DNA of 64,000 nucleotides from an uncultured virus (IMG/VR IMGVR_UViG_3300009167_000001). Its lineage: Duplodnaviria > Heunggongvirae > Uroviricota > Caudoviricetes. Below, in pieces: positions 10,424-21,105 of this stretch; position 1 is the first letter of the stretch; each line of letters opens with the position of its first letter. The stretch lies in the IMG/VR virus record IMGVR_UViG_3300009167_000001. The stretch is one strand, 5' to 3'. The notes beneath the pieces are model-generated. The model did no database searches. It had not been told where the DNA came from and saw only the letters and a list, made by a program, of their open reading frames with translations. A program made the position numbers and the translations under genes.

Positions 10424-11440
10424 TTGAAGAAAGCGATAATTTCAGGATTAACAGGCCAAGACGGTTCTTATTTAGCAGAAAATCTATTAGATAAAGGCTA
10501 TGAGGTTTATGGGATAGTTAGAAGAGTAAGCACTCCAAACTATAAAAACATTCAACAGTTATTAAATGAACCACATCTTCATTTGGAAGAAGGAGACATT
10601 ACTGATTTATCTTCTCTAATACGACTTTTTAATAAAGTCAAACCAGATGAAATTTATAATCTAGCGGCTCAATCTTATGTTGCAATTTCATGGGATGAAC
10701 CAATTCATACTAGTAACACTACTGGAATAGGAGCGTTAAATGTATTTGAATCAGCAAGGCAAACGTGTCCAGAAGCCAAAATCTATCAGGCTAGTTCTAG
10801 TGAAATGATTGATGGTATTACTTTTCCTCAGACTGAGCAGACACATTACAAACCAAGGAGTCCGTATGGTGTTTCAAAGCTATTTGCACATGAAATGGCT
10901 AGGATATACAAAGAGTCTTATGGAATGTTTATTTGTTGCGGCATCCTCTTCAACCACGAATCCCCCCGCAGGGGAATTGAATTCGTCACCCAAAAAATCG
11001 TTGACACCATAGTTAGACAAATTTGTGGCGAAGATGTTGTATTAGAACTAGGTAATATGGAAGCTAGAAGAGATTGGAGTCATGCTGCGGATATGGTAGA
11101 AGGTATGTGGTTGATGCTTCAGAATGATAAGCCAGAAAACTTTATTTTAGCATCTGGTGAAACACATTCTATTTTTGAATTTGTTAACACTGTGTACAGC
11201 TATTTCGGGATAGATATTATCTGGATTACTAAGGATGACTTACCAATTGGATATGATTTAGAAGGAAAGGTTTTAGTTAAATCTGTCGATAAATACTACA
11301 GACCTAATGAGGTACAAACTCTATTAGGAGACTCTACTCGGGCGAGAAAAGAGCTTTGTTGGATTCCAGAATTTAATTTCCAAGCTCTTGTTGTCGATAT
11401 GATAGTAAGTAAATTAAATGAATATACCCATAATTTTTAA
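10424..11440 (+). CDS. gmd: GDP-mannose 4,6-dehydratase
   Basis: GLTGQDGSYL, YNLAAQS, YQASSSE, PRSPYGVSK, GILFNHESPRRG, RDW motifs; TTG start after AAGGAG. Confidence 0.93.
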   Translation: MKKAIISGLTGQDGSYLAENLLDKGYEVYGIVRRVSTPNYKNIQQLLNEPHLHLEEGDITDLSSLIRLFNKVKPDEIYNLAAQSYVAISWDEPIHTSNTTGIGALNVFESARQTCPEAKIYQASSSEMIDGITFPQTEQTHYKPRSPYGVSKLFAHEMARIYKESYGMFICCGILFNHESPRRGIEFVTQKIVDTIVRQICGEDVVLELGNMEARRDWSHAADMVEGMWLMLQNDKPENFILASGETHSIFEFVNTVYSYFGIDIIWITKDDLPIGYDLEGKVLVKSVDKYYRPNEVQTLLGDSTRARKELCWIPEFNFQALVVDMIVSKLNEYTHNF

Positions 11441-11458
11441 GCAAAGGGGGTGAATTAA

Positions 11459-11965
11459 TTGGCCGCTACAATGAGCGTGAAAGAAGTTAATGGTGGTGCT
11501 ACTCCTGTAGCTACTACCGTAACTAATGTGCGTTTTTGCACAGATGATGATTATAACCCTGGCACAGACTATCCTATGGTGAAGCCTGACCCAGCAGGTA
11601 CAAATTATAGCTTTAAGAAATCTATTTATCTTAATGCAGATACTTCTCCTACTGGTACTATTAATAACATCAAATTCTACACAGATGGTACTATTGGATG
11701 GACTGGTGTTGTTGTAGAAGGTGCTGTTGCAGATGCATATACTGAGCCTGAAGGAACACAAGGTACTTCTGGTAATGATGAAGGTTTGAATACGGATATT
11801 GCAACCTATACTTCTGCTTCTCCATTATCTATGACTGGTTCTATAAGTAACCCCGATACTGGTAAAGTTAGTCAGTATCTTGAAATGCAAGCAGTTGTTT
11901 CTGATAGTGCCGTTGCTGGTGCGTTGGCAGCAGAAACTTGTACGTTTAGATACGACGAAACATAA
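11459..11965 (+). CDS. Putative virion structural protein
   Basis: Thr/Gly-rich beta protein ending 'TFRYDET'; GGGGTGA SD. Confidence 0.45.
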   Translation: MAATMSVKEVNGGATPVATTVTNVRFCTDDDYNPGTDYPMVKPDPAGTNYSFKKSIYLNADTSPTGTINNIKFYTDGTIGWTGVVVEGAVADAYTEPEGTQGTSGNDEGLNTDIATYTSASPLSMTGSISNPDTGKVSQYLEMQAVVSDSAVAGALAAETCTFRYDET

Positions 11966-11976
11966 GAGAGGTTTAA

Positions 11977-12162
11977 ATGCCATATAATGCATCATTAGCT
12001 AGAACGCTAATAGAAAAATATGGCCGAGAAAAGGCTATGGAAATTTATCATGCTATGGAGAATGAAGGGAAACCGGCATTCAAAAAAGGCTTAAAAACAG
12101 CCACAAAAGAAGGTCATTTAACTAAGACTTTTCCAAGAGGTAAAAGAAAAAAGAAAAAATAA
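11977..12162 (+). CDS. Small basic hypothetical protein
   Basis: 61 aa with Lys-rich C-terminus; GAGG SD. Confidence 0.45.
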   Translation: MPYNASLARTLIEKYGREKAMEIYHAMENEGKPAFKKGLKTATKEGHLTKTFPRGKRKKKK

Positions 12163-12183
12163 TATAGGAAGAGAGGCTTATCA

Positions 12184-12540
12184 ATGAAATGGGTAGCCGT
12201 TTATAACGATGAAACGTTTTTAGCACAATTTAATAGTGACGGTTCTGAGAATCGTTATGCAGATATACAAAGGGACAAGCTTTCTCACTTTGCTATGCTT
12301 AGTGATGAAAATAAGCTTGTCCTTTCTGTTGAATTTGAACGTCCTTCCCAAAAACTCATTTATCGTAGAAGAACATTCATGGATTTAGTAGGAAAAATTA
12401 AAGGTGTGGTTTACCTTGTTGGTTGGCATGAAAATATAAATGGAAAATCAATCAAGGTAATCAACTATATCTATCCTAATGGAAAGATTGTTCTTGCTGG
12501 TGCCAAAGATGATTTAGAATTGATAGAACAGGAGTTCTAA
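12184..12540 (+). CDS. Hypothetical protein
   Basis: 118 aa ORF, translationally coupled to the next gene. Confidence 0.5.
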   Translation: MKWVAVYNDETFLAQFNSDGSENRYADIQRDKLSHFAMLSDENKLVLSVEFERPSQKLIYRRRTFMDLVGKIKGVVYLVGWHENINGKSIKVINYIYPNGKIVLAGAKDDLELIEQEF

Positions 12541-13427
12541 TGGCCTATTTCTCTGCCACAGGGGGTACTAAAGAAGTACACGGTGAATATACAGTTCATA
12601 TCTTTACTGAAGATGGTACTTTAGTATGTACTGGTACTGCTGAAGCTGAAGTTTTAGTTATTGGTGGTGGCGGTGGTGGAGGAAGTCGTGATAATGCTGC
12701 TACTGCTGGTGGTGGTGGTGCTGGTGCTTTATTAACTGGCGCACAAACATTATCAGGAAGTATGCCAGCTACAGTTGGTGCTGGTGGTGCTGCTGGTGTA
12801 GGATATGGTAGAGGAACTAAAGGCGAAGATAGTGTATTTGGAGATTATACCGCAGAAGGTGGCGGTGGTGGCGGTAGCTATTTAAATACAGAAAATCATG
12901 GTGGTGATGGTGGTTGTGGTGGTGGAGGTTATCAAGCTCATGGTGCTGGTGGTGCTGGAAGTGTAGGATATGATGGTGGTGCTGGATGGTTTGAAGGTGA
13001 TATTGAAGGTGGTGCTAGTACTAATGCTTCTGGTGGTGGTGGTGGAATGGGTGGTGCTGGTGAACAACCCGGTAATGGTGGTACTACAGATAGATGGGCT
13101 GGTGATGGTGGAGCAGGATTAGACTCAGATTTTATTGAAGAAGGAACTTTTGTAGGATATTGTGGTGGTGGCGCTGGAAATGCGTTTGACCATGATGGTG
13201 TAGCTACTCATGGTGGTGGATATGGTGATACTGATGAAGAAACAGCTTATGGACAACCTAATACTGGTGGTGGAGGTTCTGGTGCAGGAAATGGTAGTGC
13301 GCCGCCTTATGATAATCCTGGTAATGGTGGTTCTGGATTAGTTGTTGTTAAATATAAAACTTTACAACCGCCTACACTTTCTATTTCCGCTTCTGATGGT
13401 GATGTAACCTTAGATTGGGAAATATAA
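12540..13427 (+). CDS. Glycine-rich tail-associated protein
   Basis: 'VLVIGGGGGGG...GGGGAG...TVGAGG...GNGGSGLVVVKY' glycine-rich domain typical of phage tail proteins. Confidence 0.7.
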   Translation: MAYFSATGGTKEVHGEYTVHIFTEDGTLVCTGTAEAEVLVIGGGGGGGSRDNAATAGGGGAGALLTGAQTLSGSMPATVGAGGAAGVGYGRGTKGEDSVFGDYTAEGGGGGGSYLNTENHGGDGGCGGGGYQAHGAGGAGSVGYDGGAGWFEGDIEGGASTNASGGGGGMGGAGEQPGNGGTTDRWAGDGGAGLDSDFIEEGTFVGYCGGGAGNAFDHDGVATHGGGYGDTDEETAYGQPNTGGGGSGAGNGSAPPYDNPGNGGSGLVVVKYKTLQPPTLSISASDGDVTLDWEI

Positions 13428-13452
13428 TGTCTAAAAGAGAGAGGGTGAGTTA

Positions 13453-16098
13453 ATGGCAACTACTTATCATGTAGATTATCTACTAGGAAGTGCAAACTAT
13501 GATGGTTCTACATTGGTACAGCCTCATGGTATTATTGATGAATATTTAATTCTTTTTGCCGGTTCTGTTGGAGCATCTTCTTTTACTGTTACTCCCCCAG
13601 CAAACTTTACAGAAAGATTAGATTCTGCTGATGCTGAAACAGCATATACTTCCTTTTTTGCTGATATGTATTCTTATGCAGATATAGCTCAAACAGATGC
13701 AACATTAAGTGGTACTGCTACACAAAAAGGGGCTTTTTTACTCGCCTTAAAACCTGCTGGTGCTACTCCTATAGCTCTTGTAAACACTAGTATAATTGGA
13801 GAAGCAGACCAAAGTGTTGATGCTGCTGCTCCTGCTGATATAGCTGATAATGATATTATGATTGCTTTAGTTATGGCTTCTGGTGGTGCAGTACCAACAA
13901 TAACCCCTCCTGCTGGTTGGGCTGTAATAGGCTCTCTTACACCAACAAACACAAGAATTTCTATTTATTGGAAAAGATGTTCTACTGAAAGTGGTACATA
14001 TACATTTAGTCACAATAATGCTACTACTCCTAAAATGCAAGTAGCTATTATTGCTTATAGAAATTGTATTACTACAGGAAATCCATATGATACCTATTCT
14101 GCTACTGGTTATGTTACATCTAATACTACATTAAGAGCACAGGCTATAACTACAACTAATGTAGCTGGACCTAAAAACACAATTCCTACTTGCACAGCGG
14201 GAGATACAGTTAAATTTGCTAAATCTCCTGACCCAGTATCTATTGATGCAGCCGCAACTTGGACACATAATAGTGCTACAATTACATTATCTAGTGCTTT
14301 AACTTCAACCTTACATCTTTGTAATAACGAAGGATGGACAGCACAAGCTAATATTACTAGAGCATATACTACTAGTTATAGAAAAGAAGGTTCTCATGGA
14401 TTAGAATTAACTCCTGCTTCTGCTTTTGCTACAGGACAAATGGCATGGGCAGCAACCGCTGAAACAGGAGATATGTCTGACTATGATTGTATTTCATTTT
14501 GGTTATATGTTAGTTCTAATGTAGTAGCAAATACAATACGAATTGATTTATTTGAATCGGCTGATGGAACTGGGGTTCCTGTAGATAGCTTTACTCTTCC
14601 TTATTTAGTATATAATGATACTTATAATTGTATAACGCTTAAAAAAGATGGTGGCGGTAATTTAGGAGCTAATATAAATTCTATGGCTGTTTACGCATTA
14701 TTAGACCCAGGTACAATAGTATGGCGCTTTGATAACTTCCTAGCTTGTGATTCAAACGTACTAACTCTTAATACTTTACTAGGTATTGATGGAGCCGCTG
14801 TTCCACAAGATTGTTATTATCCAATAAAAAGCATTAGTGGAACTACAGTTATTATAGATGTTGGTCCTGGTGCTAATGGTGTGCTTACAACTACAACGTG
14901 GTCAGGCGATACTGATACATATGAAACCTTTGCTATTAATAATATGATTTTTGTACAAACAATGACTTCAACGGTAGACGGTTCAATAGCACCGTATACT
15001 CAAGATTTTGATGGTACTGGTATTGCTCCTATAACTTATTTATTTGGCTGTAATACTACTGATAATACTCAAGATGGAATGTCATGGTTTGATGGTGTTT
15101 GTGGTTTTGGTAGAGCGCCAATGGACTTCTCCGCTGATTATGATTTTGATTTATCAAACTGGGGAGTAGCACGATTTGGTAAAGGAGGATACTTTTTTTC
15201 AGGAGGAATTAAAGTTAAAAACTTTATCTCTGCTGGAAATAACTATGGAATAAGTACAACTACTGGGCCTGTTTATTTAGAAAATACTTTTATTAGTCAA
15301 ACAAATACTTATCCAGCATATGTAGCAGGACCAATTATTTTTAAAAATGGAAAAATAGTTGGGTGTTTTGATGCTGATACAACTGTCTTTTATTCATCTG
15401 TAAATCCAACAGTATTACTTCCAGCAAAATTTATGAATGTTGAATTTAGACATAACACTGGAGAAGTATTTACCGCCAACTCTGGTAATCAAACAAATCT
15501 AGAATTTTATAACTGTACTTTTGAAAGTAACGGGGCTGGTTTGTTTAATGGTACAACCTTTTCGTTAACTGGAGTATATAAATTTGACAATTGTATCTTT
15601 GATAGTTTTTCCTTCCCGGCAACTGTTGGTGCCTTAGCCTATACAGGAGTTCTTATTTCTACTAATCATAATCAGGATACAGATGACCATAGATTATACT
15701 ATAGAGAAGGAACAATTTTAAGTGAAACAACTACAAGACATACTGCTAGTGGTATTTCTTGGAAAATGAGTCCTACTGCTTATGGTTCTAGTATATTTCC
15801 ATTAAGACTATTAGTAGGTCAAGTTGCTGTTAATCCTGGTGCTACTCCTGAAACTATTACTGCTACAGTATGGGTTTATAGAAGCGGAACAACAGTCATT
15901 TCTAAATTAACTTGCGAAGCATATCAATGTGGATTAACTACAAAAGTAGAAGATTCTGCCGCTTCTTCAGCAGAATGGGAACAACTTTCTATTGAAGTTG
16001 TGCCAACACAAAAGGGCGTTCTTGAATTCTATGTAGAAGTATATGGTAGTGCTTCTGAGTATGCTTATGTTGATGATTTTGCCGTAAGTCAGGCTTAA
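13453..16098 (+). CDS. Large virion protein, putative tail spike with carbohydrate-binding / beta-helix regions
   Basis: 881 aa; CBM-like 'ISFWLY...IRIDL...WRFDNF', beta-helix-like 'FYNCTFESN...FDNCIF', CBM-like C-terminus. Confidence 0.5.
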   Translation: MATTYHVDYLLGSANYDGSTLVQPHGIIDEYLILFAGSVGASSFTVTPPANFTERLDSADAETAYTSFFADMYSYADIAQTDATLSGTATQKGAFLLALKPAGATPIALVNTSIIGEADQSVDAAAPADIADNDIMIALVMASGGAVPTITPPAGWAVIGSLTPTNTRISIYWKRCSTESGTYTFSHNNATTPKMQVAIIAYRNCITTGNPYDTYSATGYVTSNTTLRAQAITTTNVAGPKNTIPTCTAGDTVKFAKSPDPVSIDAAATWTHNSATITLSSALTSTLHLCNNEGWTAQANITRAYTTSYRKEGSHGLELTPASAFATGQMAWAATAETGDMSDYDCISFWLYVSSNVVANTIRIDLFESADGTGVPVDSFTLPYLVYNDTYNCITLKKDGGGNLGANINSMAVYALLDPGTIVWRFDNFLACDSNVLTLNTLLGIDGAAVPQDCYYPIKSISGTTVIIDVGPGANGVLTTTTWSGDTDTYETFAINNMIFVQTMTSTVDGSIAPYTQDFDGTGIAPITYLFGCNTTDNTQDGMSWFDGVCGFGRAPMDFSADYDFDLSNWGVARFGKGGYFFSGGIKVKNFISAGNNYGISTTTGPVYLENTFISQTNTYPAYVAGPIIFKNGKIVGCFDADTTVFYSSVNPTVLLPAKFMNVEFRHNTGEVFTANSGNQTNLEFYNCTFESNGAGLFNGTTFSLTGVYKFDNCIFDSFSFPATVGALAYTGVLISTNHNQDTDDHRLYYREGTILSETTTRHTASGISWKMSPTAYGSSIFPLRLLVGQVAVNPGATPETITATVWVYRSGTTVISKLTCEAYQCGLTTKVEDSAASSAEWEQLSIEVVPTQKGVLEFYVEVYGSASEYAYVDDFAVSQA

Positions 16099-16104
16099 AA
16101 TACT

Positions 16105-19100
16105 ATGGCTACGCCAGCAGACAGCAAAGGTCTGGATACAGCCTATATACTAACAGGTGCTTATCACAGAAAAGATTTAACAGGTATTGTTGATGAGCTA
16201 GATATTGGCTATATTCAATCTGGCGTGTTTCCTGGTGGAGCGCATTATGCCGATTTCACTACTAGAGATAAAACTTTTACCATTGATGGTATTGTCAAGG
16301 CAGTTCTAACTGAGACATTTACCATTGATGGTATTATCTATGCTGATGAAATTCGTATTGAACGTAAGGATTCTGAAGACGCTACTCCTACCTTTGAAGA
16401 AATTTATCTTGGACCTTGGGAGGGAGTTGGTGCTACTCCGCTTTCTCAATGGATAGATGAAAATGAAGGTGATTTACTTCCTGGTCATACCTATACTTAC
16501 CGCGCTAGAAGAAGTACTACATTTGAAGATACAGTTCATTACTCAGAATATTCTAACGAAGTAGTAGTACATATTGGTACTCCTGAAGCTTTTACTATTG
16601 ACGGTATAATTTTAGAAGTAAAAACTAAGACATTTACCATAGATGGAAATATCTTTGGTATCAATTCTCTTTCTCAATCTCAAAGTCCTCTAGCTGGTGG
16701 TGATACCCTAACTATTTATGGAGCAGGGTTTACAGACGCTACTGATGTTACGTTTGACTTTGGTACTGGGCCGATTGGTGCTGCTGATGTAGTTGTTGTT
16801 GATGATAACACAATAACTTGTACAATTCCTGCCGCACCTTCTGGTGCAGAAGAATTAACTTTGTTTGTAGTATCTTCTTTCTCAGTTGCTAGTAATGAAG
16901 TTCCTTTTGAGTATGTAGCACTATTTGATTTAACTCCTACTATGACTTCTAATACTGCTCCAAGTGGAGAAGCTTGGTCTGATGGTGCGTGGTATGCTGC
17001 TTATTTAGCTTTCAATAATTCTACTGTTTTTGAGGATGCTTGGATTAGTGATGGCGCTGGAATGCCAGCGTATTTTGGGTATAATTTTGAGTACCCTCAA
17101 ACAATCTATAGTTATACTATTACCACACGAAATCGTGATGATGCAAATTATATTGGCGCACTTAAAACTTGGGAATTTAAAGGTTCTGAAGACGGAGAAA
17201 CTTGGGATTCACTTGATACTCAAACTGATATAACTGATTGGGCATCTACTCCAGGTGGCGTTAAAAAAACATTTACTCTAGCCTCTCCTGCAACATATCA
17301 GTATTATTCTCTTTGGATTAGTGCAATAAATGGTAGTGATTTTGCCGCTATTGGTGAAATGGAACTACTTGGTATTAAATTAGTCGTTGAAAAAACATTT
17401 ACTATTGATGGTTACATAGTAGACCGTAATATTGAGACTGTTACCGTTGATGGTTATGTAGCTGAACGTAAAACTGAACAATTTACTATAGATGGTATTA
17501 TTGAACTTGGTGTAGAAACTCTTACTAAAGATTTTACCATTGATGGTTATGTGGCTTCCAGAGAAACAGAAACTTTCACCATTGATGCCATCGTTAAAGA
17601 AATTCTAACAAAGACAGTTACCATAGACGGTATTATAAAGTCTGTTGAAACTGAACAAGTTACGATTGATGGTATAGTTAAAGAAGTTAACACCAAGACT
17701 TTCACAATAGATGGTATAGTAAAAAGCGTAGAGACAGAAACTATTACACTTGACGGTATAGTTAAAGAGGTTCTAACCAAGACAGTAACTATAGATGGTT
17801 ATGTTCGTGATACTTTAACAAAAGACTTTACCTTAGATGGTATTATTGAAGCAGCGTTCTCTCTTAACTTCTCTATTGACGGGATAGTTCTCTGTGTAGA
17901 GACTAAAACATTCACAATAGATGGAATAGTCGTTTCTAGAGAAACAGAGACAGTCACTCTTGATGGATATATTGCAGAACGAAAAACTGAAGAGTTTACC
18001 CTTGATGGTGTTATAAAAGAACTTAGCACTAAAACTTTCACACTAGATGGTTATATTGCGGAAAGAACAGTTGAACAGTTTACTCTAGATGGATATATTA
18101 GAGATACCTTTACTGAAGAAATTACACTAGATGGTATTATCAAAGAAGTTAATACTGAGGAATTTACTCTTGATGGATATGTTGCTGAGAGAACTACTGA
18201 GACTTTCTCTATAGATGGTATAGTAAAGGCAGTTGAAACTGAAACAGTCACTATAGATGGTTCTATTGCTGAACGTAAATCTACACAAGTTACAATAGAT
18301 GGTATTGTCAAAGAGATAAAAACTAAGACTGTAACTCTAGACGGCTATGTGGCTGAAAGAACAATTGAGCAGTTCACCATAGATGGTATTGTCAAGACAA
18401 TTGAAACTGAACAGATTACTCTTGATGGCTTTATAGCTGAAAGAACAACTGAACAAATTACTTTAGACGGTATTATCAAAGAAATTAAGACTAAAGCTGT
18501 AACCATAGATGGTATTATCCTTGTTCAAAGTACTAAGACCTTTACTATTGATGGTTTAATTGAATCTGCTGGGATTAAGTTCTTCACTATTGATGGTATT
18601 GTTCTTGTGCATGATACTCAAATATTTACCATTGATGGAATTATAGTAGATAGACTAACTGAGACAATAACCTTAGATGGTATTATAAAGGAAGTTCTTA
18701 CTAAAACCTTCACAATTGATGGTCTTATCAAAGAGATTCCTACTAAATCATTTACAATTGATGGTATTGTTAAGGCTTCAAATATAGAAGATTTCTCACT
18801 AGACGGATTTATTGCTGAGAGAAAAACTCAAGATATTACTTTAGATGGTATCATCAAGGAAGTCTTAACACAGATTGTTACTATAGACGGTATTGTTGCT
18901 ACTCGTAATCAAGAACAAATTACTATTGATGGTTTTGTTAAGGAAACTTTAACTGAGCAAATAACTATAGATGGTGTTGTAAAAGAGATACTTACTAAGA
19001 CCTTTACCATCGACGGTATAATTGAGGTCTATAACACTCAAACATTCACTATAGATGGTTATGTAAAAGAGACTCTTACAAAGGACATAACTCTTGATGG

Positions 19101-19452
19101 TATAATCAAGCAAATAGTAGAACATACCCTTGACTTAGATGGTATTATAGTCGATAGAAGATATGAGACATTCACTGTTGATGGTTATATTGAAATAATT
19201 ACTTCTAAAACATTCACCATTGATGGATATATCTCAGTAAGAACTCAAACTACAGTTACTATAGATGGTATAATTAGATTTGATGTAGCTGGATTAACTG
19301 GAACCGCAGAATGGAAAAGCTTAGATGGAAAGGCAATATGGAAAGACCTTACTTTAAGCGCAGAATGGGAAGAATTGACGGGGAAAGCTACCTGGAAAGA
19401 TTTAAAAGGAAGCGCCGTTTGGAAAGAACTTATAGGAAAAGCAAACTGGTAA
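16105..19452 (+). CDS. Repeat-rich fibre protein with IPT/TIG-like and discoidin (F5/8C)-like domains
   Basis: 'PLAGGDTLTIYGAGF...ITCTIP' (IPT); 'WEFKGSEDGETW...YQYYSL...IGEMEL' (discoidin); long T(I/L)DG repeat tract. Confidence 0.7.
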   Translation: MATPADSKGLDTAYILTGAYHRKDLTGIVDELDIGYIQSGVFPGGAHYADFTTRDKTFTIDGIVKAVLTETFTIDGIIYADEIRIERKDSEDATPTFEEIYLGPWEGVGATPLSQWIDENEGDLLPGHTYTYRARRSTTFEDTVHYSEYSNEVVVHIGTPEAFTIDGIILEVKTKTFTIDGNIFGINSLSQSQSPLAGGDTLTIYGAGFTDATDVTFDFGTGPIGAADVVVVDDNTITCTIPAAPSGAEELTLFVVSSFSVASNEVPFEYVALFDLTPTMTSNTAPSGEAWSDGAWYAAYLAFNNSTVFEDAWISDGAGMPAYFGYNFEYPQTIYSYTITTRNRDDANYIGALKTWEFKGSEDGETWDSLDTQTDITDWASTPGGVKKTFTLASPATYQYYSLWISAINGSDFAAIGEMELLGIKLVVEKTFTIDGYIVDRNIETVTVDGYVAERKTEQFTIDGIIELGVETLTKDFTIDGYVASRETETFTIDAIVKEILTKTVTIDGIIKSVETEQVTIDGIVKEVNTKTFTIDGIVKSVETETITLDGIVKEVLTKTVTIDGYVRDTLTKDFTLDGIIEAAFSLNFSIDGIVLCVETKTFTIDGIVVSRETETVTLDGYIAERKTEEFTLDGVIKELSTKTFTLDGYIAERTVEQFTLDGYIRDTFTEEITLDGIIKEVNTEEFTLDGYVAERTTETFSIDGIVKAVETETVTIDGSIAERKSTQVTIDGIVKEIKTKTVTLDGYVAERTIEQFTIDGIVKTIETEQITLDGFIAERTTEQITLDGIIKEIKTKAVTIDGIILVQSTKTFTIDGLIESAGIKFFTIDGIVLVHDTQIFTIDGIIVDRLTETITLDGIIKEVLTKTFTIDGLIKEIPTKSFTIDGIVKASNIEDFSLDGFIAERKTQDITLDGIIKEVLTQIVTIDGIVATRNQEQITIDGFVKETLTEQITIDGVVKEILTKTFTIDGIIEVYNTQTFTIDGYVKETLTKDITLDGIIKQIVEHTLDLDGIIVDRRYETFTVDGYIEIITSKTFTIDGYISVRTQTTVTIDGIIRFDVAGLTGTAEWKSLDGKAIWKDLTLSAEWEELTGKATWKDLKGSAVWKELIGKANW
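17392..19280 (+). repeat. Coding tandem repeat, roughly 45 copies of a ~14-aa unit K/E-T-F/I/V-T-I/L-D-G-I/Y-I/V
   Basis: Directly visible in the translation; DNA copies diverge at synonymous sites. Confidence 0.9.
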
Positions 19453-19463
19453 AAGGAGGATAG

Positions 19464-19874
19464 ATGCCTATAGTAACTAAAAAACCTACTGGTGGAAAGC
19501 TAGTATTAGGACGCGACCATAAACTAGATTGTGTTCTGACCTGGAATGATGGAACACACCCAAATACAGACACAGATGTTGATGTTTATTATGCAACAAT
19601 TAAAGCTTTAGATAGTGATGCTGATGAAGATGCTGTTGTAGCTCTTAATTCTGATGATAATGCTGACCAGTTTATTGTTTCAGGAGCAGGAATAACTCCT
19701 GCTGATGGAGAAATGACTTTTTGGCTAAAAGCAGCAGACCAAGCAGACATTATTGCAGATACAGTTAAATATTGTTTTGATATTGTTGTTGTTTTAACCG
19801 ATGGAACTTCGTGGCCGTTTGTACTAGACTATAACCTAGTTTTTGCTCAACCTGCGACTCAGGAGTTAGACTAA
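19464..19874 (+). CDS. Putative BppU-like baseplate/adaptor protein
   Basis: Acidic beta protein with 'G..TFWL...D.....KYCFDIVV'; AGGAGG SD. Confidence 0.4.
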   Translation: MPIVTKKPTGGKLVLGRDHKLDCVLTWNDGTHPNTDTDVDVYYATIKALDSDADEDAVVALNSDDNADQFIVSGAGITPADGEMTFWLKAADQADIIADTVKYCFDIVVVLTDGTSWPFVLDYNLVFAQPATQELD

Positions 19875-20956
19875 TGGAACTTAAAACAGGGTTAATAAAA
19901 TCACCACAAGATAATAGAGATTATATATTAACTGCCTTTTTACCACCTTTGACTGTTACGCTTCCTGAAGAATGGTTAGAATGGCAAAAATGGCAAACTC
20001 CTGTTAAATATCAGGCAGGATTAGGAGCTTGCGTTTCATTTGCTACTGATGGTCAAAAAGAAGGATATGATTATAAAGAACTTAATGCTGTACCTGATTT
20101 ATCTGAACAATTTCTTTATGGAGAATGTAAAAAAATAGATGGAATGCCTAATGTTGAAGGTACTCATTTTCGTGCAGCATTAAAAGTTCTTAAAGATATA
20201 GGAGTATGTGAAGAGAAATATTTTCCATATGAAGGAAAATTTCCTCCAAGTGGTTCACCGGCTCCTGGATATCTTGATAATGCTAAAGATTATAAAATTT
20301 CTACTTATGCTTCAGTAGGAATTACAAAGGAAGCTATTAAAACTGCGATATATCAAAATGGACCTATTTTAATAGGTGTTATAGCTCATACAAGCTTTAT
20401 GAAGACTGGTTCTGATGGAATAGTTCAATTTCCATCTGGAAAAGTAGAAGGTGGTCATGCTCTTCTAGTTGTAGGCTATAATAAGCTCGGTTTAGTTTGT
20501 AAAAACTCTTGGAGTATTTTATGGGGAAATAAAGGCTACTGTGTAATTCCTTGGGCAGTTTGGGAGATGATAAATTTAGGAGAGGCTTGGTCTATAGTAG
20601 ATGTGATTGCTAGAAAAAAGCCGTGGACGGATTGGCCGGAATCGGAGCTAGAATTGGGTTGGCTTACAAAAAACTCAGGAGTTCTTAAAGGTTATGAAGA
20701 TGGAACTTTTAAGCCGTTAAACAATGTAACTCAACATCAAGCGATGACTATAGCAACAAGACTTAATTTTACTCTTCCTATTGTAGAAGATAAACCAACA
20801 TGGTCAACTTTTGCAACAAGAGGATGGATTCATACTAATTGGCCTCAATATACGTTTTTAGAAGAGCGATGGGATGAATATATTACTAGATATCAGTTTG
20901 CTCTAATAATTGGTCGATATATTAAAGAGAAAACGATATCTTATCGTGTGGTGTAG
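19874..20956 (+). CDS. Papain-like (C1) cysteine protease with C-terminal SLH-like domain
   Basis: Q..LGACVSFA (catalytic Cys), LSEQFLY, GGHALLVVGY (His), KNSW..WG.KGY; SLH-like 'GVLKGYEDGTFKPLNNVT'. Confidence 0.85.
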   Translation: MELKTGLIKSPQDNRDYILTAFLPPLTVTLPEEWLEWQKWQTPVKYQAGLGACVSFATDGQKEGYDYKELNAVPDLSEQFLYGECKKIDGMPNVEGTHFRAALKVLKDIGVCEEKYFPYEGKFPPSGSPAPGYLDNAKDYKISTYASVGITKEAIKTAIYQNGPILIGVIAHTSFMKTGSDGIVQFPSGKVEGGHALLVVGYNKLGLVCKNSWSILWGNKGYCVIPWAVWEMINLGEAWSIVDVIARKKPWTDWPESELELGWLTKNSGVLKGYEDGTFKPLNNVTQHQAMTIATRLNFTLPIVEDKPTWSTFATRGWIHTNWPQYTFLEERWDEYITRYQFALIIGRYIKEKTISYRVV

Positions 20957-21105
20957 TCAAATAGGAGATTTTTGCAAGCATGAAAAGCTTGAGTGCGCCA
21001 TGTGTAAAGAATGGGGTCCATATTGGCAGAATTGTGAGGTTTGTGGTAAACTGTTCTATGGTTCAGAAGAGGGAATTTGTGAGGTTTGTTTAGAAGGAGG
21101 TTTTT

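Noticed and set aside
17392..19280. Possible CRISPR array or DGR target from the ~42-bp periodicity
   Set aside because: The periodicity is protein-level with synonymous variation; there are no identical repeats with unique spacers and no reverse transcriptase in the window
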